This document shows positions 59,844 to 64,000 of a stretch of DNA of 64,000 bases, piece after piece; position 1 is the first letter of the stretch, and every line of letters starts with the position of its first letter. The stretch spans positions 55,795-119,794 of the forward strand of contig JALVWC010000013.1 of the NCBI GenBank assembly GCA_027038505.1, in the 5' to 3' direction. Position numbers and translations under genes: made by a program. A model generated the notes under the pieces. It saw only the letters and a program-made list of their open reading frames with translations, was not told the DNA's origin and made no database searches. Source of the stretch: Nanobdellati archaeon (GTDB taxonomy: Archaea; EX4484-52; WAPT01).

Positions 59844-61076
59844 ATGTCCTGCTTCAGGAACCTGCGGGTTTTTTACATCAATTCGATACTGGACGAGATT
59901 CTGTACGCGCTCCTCAACCCGATCTTCGTCATCTACATGCTAAATGCCGGCATCACGCAGATGCAGCTGGGCACATTAATGGCGATATATTTCCTCCTGC
60001 CAACGGTACTCATGCCGGTTGTAAGCGCTCTTGCAGACATCTGGAGCAGGAAAAAAGTGGCCATGCTCTGCTTCTCGCTGTTCCCGTTTGCTTACCTTCT
60101 GATGTATTATGGCGATTATCATGCTTTCCTTCTTGCAATTCTGCTGATGGGAGCTGGTTCGACTGCAAACACATCCTTCACAGCATGGATGATGGACGAG
60201 ATAAAGAGGTATTACGGCGAACATACCTGGGTGGAGCACACGAGCAGGATCGAAAAGTACGGGAAAGCAAGCTTCGTTCTGGCAAGTTTGACAGCTTTTG
60301 TCTTCCTTTTCAGGATGAGCGAAATAAAGGGGGATGTTACCCGCATACTCAGGTATTTTTGGATCATAGCCATGGTTATTGAAATTTCAAACCTCCTGAA
60401 CATCGCTCTTGCGGAGGAGACGGTTGTGAGAAAAAAGACAGCGAAATTAAAGATGAAAGAACGCCTGCGGGGAATTTTAAAAGTTTACGGGCAGGCAATA
60501 AGGACAATAAGAAGCTCCACCACGCTCAAATATCTCATGCTAAGCTTCCTGCTTTATACAGCTGCTTACTCCATCCTATCGGTTGGCTTTTTTCCTTACA
60601 TAAAGAGCGTTCTCGCTATAAAGGAGCAGTTTTTCAATCTGATCTATCTCGCATCATCGACCATAGCAATTCTGCTCTACCATTACAATTCGCGCATAGT
60701 TGCAAAGATGAAAGGAGAGATACGGGCAATTATTTTTGTGGAACTGATCGTGCTGTTCCTTATCTTCATCCTGCTTTTTAATGTCAGCTCCTTGCCCGCT
60801 CTATTCTTGCTTGTTCTGATCATGGGGATAGAGGTCGGCACAACACCCATCTATAATTCCCTGATCAACAGGCCGATACCTTCAAAAATAAGGAGCACCC
60901 TGCTCTCGTTTATGGCTGTTCCCGCCGGTATTATGGGTGCATTTGCATCCCTGCTCTACGGATTTGTTGCGCAGAACTGCGGTATGACTGCGGTACTTCT
61001 GCTGGTGTTCGTGTTCGCATGCATTGGAGTTGTTCCTCTCTTCATCATCCTGCGGACGGATGACAGCGCTTTTTAA
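59844..61076 (+). CDS. MFS transporter
   Basis: 410 aa with 12 predicted TM helices. N-terminal region resembles the degraded MFS upstream. Confidence 0.65.
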   Translation: MSCFRNLRVFYINSILDEILYALLNPIFVIYMLNAGITQMQLGTLMAIYFLLPTVLMPVVSALADIWSRKKVAMLCFSLFPFAYLLMYYGDYHAFLLAILLMGAGSTANTSFTAWMMDEIKRYYGEHTWVEHTSRIEKYGKASFVLASLTAFVFLFRMSEIKGDVTRILRYFWIIAMVIEISNLLNIALAEETVVRKKTAKLKMKERLRGILKVYGQAIRTIRSSTTLKYLMLSFLLYTAAYSILSVGFFPYIKSVLAIKEQFFNLIYLASSTIAILLYHYNSRIVAKMKGEIRAIIFVELIVLFLIFILLFNVSSLPALFLLVLIMGIEVGTTPIYNSLINRPIPSKIRSTLLSFMAVPAGIMGAFASLLYGFVAQNCGMTAVLLLVFVFACIGVVPLFIILRTDDSAF

Positions 61077-61205
61077 GTTGCAAGCGATAAAGCCCGTTTC
61101 AAAAGGAGACGAGTTTTCAACAGGCTGAACCGTAACACGGTAACTACAATTCCGCCGCATATTTTTCCAGAATTTTTGAAACTTCGCCTTTTTCATCCCT
61201 CATTA

Positions 61206-61769
61206 TTATTCGTTTCGGCAGTGTATCGAGAAATACCATAACTTTGCCGTTTGTTTTTTATAACCCTTAACTTTTTCCCATTCTATGAATCTGGCTCCAA
61301 AAACTATGCCCTTTTCGTAAATTTCATACGACCTTTTCATGCTGACGACAATAAACCAGAAGGGAATCCAGAGGAAGGAAAGGAGCGGAGACATTGATCC
61401 GATATTGTGGTTTTTCGTTGTGATGTACTGAACCATGGCGATCACTATTGCAACCGAACCCGCAACCAGAACACCCAAAGTCATGAACTTCCATTCCCTT
61501 GTCTCATCTTTGAGAGGGTAACAAATGGCGGTGGCGAGCTTTTTACCTTTGTCCAGTTTTTCAATTTCCTTTTTTGCTTTGCTTATTGAATAGACAAACA
61601 AAAACCCGCTGAATCCCAGCAAAGATGCGACAACCACCAGGAGGGTGTTCAAACCTATTTTTTGGTAATATACCGCAGAGGCAGTTATCGTCGCACTAAC
61701 TATACTTATCACCACAAGAAGTACGATCGCCTTAGCCAAAATATTATTTCTGGTTTTCATTTCATCCAC
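61206..61769 (-). CDS. membrane protein, hypothetical (4 TM helices)
   Basis: 187 aa ORF with hydrophobic helices. No motif recognised. Confidence 0.35.
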   Translation of the reverse strand: MDEMKTRNNILAKAIVLLVVISIVSATITASAVYYQKIGLNTLLVVVASLLGFSGFLFVYSISKAKKEIEKLDKGKKLATAICYPLKDETREWKFMTLGVLVAGSVAIVIAMVQYITTKNHNIGSMSPLLSFLWIPFWFIVVSMKRSYEIYEKGIVFGARFIEWEKVKGYKKQTAKLWYFSIHCRNE

Positions 61770-61870
61770 CTTACGGGTATTTTTGATAACAAGCGGAGTT
61801 TTTATCGGCTCAGGATTAGTTTACCAATCAAAGCGCAAACATTAAAAATCTTACCCACTTATATTTTCTC

Positions 61871-61989
<119 letters not shown>

Positions 61990-62072
61990 TCCTTTTCCAC
62001 ACTTTATATTGATTTTTACCGTTTTGCCTTTGATTTCTCTGCTCTTGCCATAAAAAATAAAAAAAAGGAGGA

Positions 62073-62357
62073 TCAAACCTTTCTAACAGTATATCCTGCA
62101 ATAACACCTTCCTTCAGCCACTTGGTAAGCAGATCATCCACCTCCCTGCTTCTCAAGGGCAGAACATCGCGAGGGCAGTCAAGAACCCTTTCCTGCCCGT
62201 TCTCCCTCACATAAACTTCAAGGTGTGTTATCACAAACTCATAGTTCGGTGCAGAATTCGAATCTCTGATTCTATAGGGTTTCAAATTCTTTTTTAGAAA
62301 CTCCTCATCCACAGGACCGTAGACCACCCTTTCGGTAGGTTCCACAAAGACCCTCAC
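62073..62357 (-). CDS. hypothetical protein (94 aa)
   Basis: ORF only. Confidence 0.3.
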   Translation of the reverse strand: MRVFVEPTERVVYGPVDEEFLKKNLKPYRIRDSNSAPNYEFVITHLEVYVRENGQERVLDCPRDVLPLRSREVDDLLTKWLKEGVIAGYTVRKV

Positions 62358-62449
62358 CCGCCATTACATCACCTCCGTGCAATTTTTTGTTCGGATGATA
62401 TGGATATGAGTCCCATGATATAAAAATTTTTCTAAAGGAATTCAGAAGC

Positions 62450-63676
62450 ATGCATGCCTATAAAGCAAGGATACTTTACGACGGAAATTCCGTGCTTAGG
62501 GATGTTTACGTTGTGGTGGAAAATACCGACATCGCGGATGTTACAGAGATAAAGCCGGATTGTGAGGTCATTGAGTGTGAAGTTATCACTCCCGCTTTTA
62601 TAGACGGGCACAGCCACATAGGTATGGTAAGGCACGGCGAGCCTTATGAAGAAGATGAGACCAACGATCTTCTTGCCCAAATAATGCCCTCGAATAACCC
62701 CTTAAATTCCATATACTTCGATGATAGGGCTTTTGAGGAAGCTGTAAGCCACGGCGTGCTTTACTCTGTTGTTGTTCCAGGCAGCGGCAACCTGGTGGGA
62801 GGACAGGCGATACTTATAAGGAATTTCGCAAGGAACAGAGCGGAAGGCTTTGTCAGGCAGGTGGGTTATAAAATGGCACTTGGTTATAACCCCCGCTCAA
62901 CAACATCCTGGAAGGGCACGAGACCCTCGACAAGAATGGGAGTTTATGCCATGCTTGAGGCAAGGCTCGAGAGGTTGAAGGCAAAACTAAAGCTGCACGA
63001 GATGGAGAAGGAAAGGAAAAGAAAGAAGCTTCAGAAAATGGTCGATAGAGGTAAGATGAGCAGGGAGGAGATGGAGAATGAGCTTAAAGAGATGGAGGAA
63101 GAATTCCAGCTCTCTCTCAGCGTCACAGAAAGGCACCTCATCTCTCTCCTCAGGAGGGAGAAACTCGCCAAGGTTCATGTTCACAAGGAAGATGATGTTC
63201 TTTACCTTCTCGAGCTGAAGAAGAAATTCGGCATAAACTTCGTGGCGGACCACCTTTGTGATGTTTTCCGCAGGGATATCTTTAATTTACTTGCAGAGGA
63301 AGGCGTGTCGGTAACCTATGGCCCGATAGATGCATTTGCATATAAGGTGGAGTTGAAGCACGAGAGCTACCGCAATGTAAAACAGCTTGTGGAGTCCAGC
63401 GCTTCCTACTGCCTGATGACGGACTATCCCGTGGTGCTTGCAAGGAACCTGTTCTTGCAGACAAGATATCTCCTCATGTACGGGAAAGAGAAGCACGAAG
63501 CTATAGGTGTTATCAGTAAAAAAGCTGCTGAGATCCACGGTTTCGATGACATTCTGGGCACGGTTGAAAAAGGCAAGCTTGCGAGCTTTCTCATCTGGGA
63601 TGGAGATCCCTTTGTTCTCGGAAGCAGGGTTGTGGGTGTGGTTGCTGAGGGCAAATACATGGATGTTGAACACTGA
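62450..63676 (+). CDS. amidohydrolase-family metal-dependent hydrolase with internal K/E-rich coiled-coil insertion
   Basis: FIDGHSHIGM metal-binding HxH motif near the N-terminus. 408 aa. Central segment RLERLKAKLKLHEMEKERKRKKLQKMVDRGKMSREEMENELKEMEEEF is inserted within the barrel. Confidence 0.6.
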   Translation: MHAYKARILYDGNSVLRDVYVVVENTDIADVTEIKPDCEVIECEVITPAFIDGHSHIGMVRHGEPYEEDETNDLLAQIMPSNNPLNSIYFDDRAFEEAVSHGVLYSVVVPGSGNLVGGQAILIRNFARNRAEGFVRQVGYKMALGYNPRSTTSWKGTRPSTRMGVYAMLEARLERLKAKLKLHEMEKERKRKKLQKMVDRGKMSREEMENELKEMEEEFQLSLSVTERHLISLLRREKLAKVHVHKEDDVLYLLELKKKFGINFVADHLCDVFRRDIFNLLAEEGVSVTYGPIDAFAYKVELKHESYRNVKQLVESSASYCLMTDYPVVLARNLFLQTRYLLMYGKEKHEAIGVISKKAAEIHGFDDILGTVEKGKLASFLIWDGDPFVLGSRVVGVVAEGKYMDVEH

Positions 63677-63720
63677 AATCCCTTTTCTGTTTAAAAAATT
63701 TTGAACCCAAAATATAAACA

Positions 63721-64000
63721 TGCGCGGAACACAGATACTGATTTTGTTCGGACTGCTCACGCTTGTTTTGATAACATCCGGATGCGTTTCCAACACCGAT
63801 AGATCTGCAGGTATAACCACCAAGGAAAAATTGACCGTCAATCTCCCCAAAAAACCCCTGAACAAGAGCGCCCTTCTCATAATAGCACCGCAGAATTTCA
63901 GGGATGAGGAGTATTCCGTGACAATGGATGTATTGAAACGAAGCGGAGTGCGTGTTACTGTAGCATCCCTCAAAAAGGGTGTGGCGAAGGGCATGCTGGG
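63721..64000 (+). CDS. DJ-1/PfpI family protein with N-terminal signal peptide / lipobox-like cysteine (partial, continues beyond window)
   Basis: MRGTQILILFGLLTLVLITSGC signal then ALLIIAPQNFRDEEYSVTMDVLKRSGVRVTVAS, which is the DJ-1/PfpI N-terminal pattern. No stop codon before the window end. Confidence 0.5.

Overview
This is an archaeal chromosomal window, about 47-48% GC, dense with housekeeping genes on both strands. My best guess from gene content is a thermophilic anaerobe: it has an unsplit rpoB, gyrB, chromatin protein MC1, a tungsten AOR-family oxidoreductase, a class III anaerobic RNR and several intron-containing tRNAs.

The protein-coding backbone I can support:
- gyrB N-terminus runs off the 5' edge.
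- A DUF47/PiT phosphate-permease pair, followed by a small membrane protein and an HD hydrolase.
- nrdD-nrdG with a divergent wHTH regulator, then manA and thrS.
- idi type 2, S17e, nop5 and fibrillarin.
- A GalT-like enzyme, AOR, rpiB and a DUF429 protein.
- The conserved block rpoH-rpoB-rpoA'-rpoA''-L30e-nusA-S12-S7, all on the minus strand.
- A V4R-domain pair and a membrane-anchored Lon-like S16 peptidase lacking an ATPase domain.
- An NreA-like protein, MC1, and pyrC next to a fused pyrK-pyrD.
- A KaiC-like ATPase, a membrane-anchored nucleotidyltransferase and a disrupted GNAT.
- A Tad/Ups-like type IV pilus locus: secretion ATPase, split TadB/TadC platform and three class-III-signal pilin-like proteins.
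- rfcL, then a cdc48-hsp20 heat-shock module with a divergent wHTH regulator.
- The conserved cluster S19e, PDCD5-like, L39e, L31e and aIF6.
- aspS, MFS transporters (one degraded), GNAT, DUF167, an amidohydrolase and a DJ-1/PfpI protein running off the 3' edge.

RNA genes:
- tRNA-iMet and tRNA-Gln(CUG).
- tRNA-Lys(CUU) with a 62-nt anticodon-loop intron and tRNA-Ala(GGC) with a 33-nt intron.
- tRNA-Ser(CGA) with a 26-nt insertion in the T-loop.
- tRNA-Gly(CCC) with C at position 33.
- A 5S rRNA.
- A roughly 282-nt SRP (7S) RNA that the ORF track masks with a spurious 114-aa ORF.

Most worth a second look:
- The pilus locus, including a 591-aa heavily sequon-decorated protein with a bacterial-like G|F...E prepilin motif.
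- The hidden SRP RNA.
- The tRNA-Ser T-loop insertion, which folds as an hBH-like structure.
- A 33-bp near-perfect palindrome between the TATA box and nrdD start codon, overlapping the nrdD RBS.
- The pyrK-pyrD fusion.
- A tRNA-flanked 3.2-kb segment carrying a GNAT gene broken by an in-frame TAG plus a frameshift.

I found no CRISPR array, transposase or integrase.
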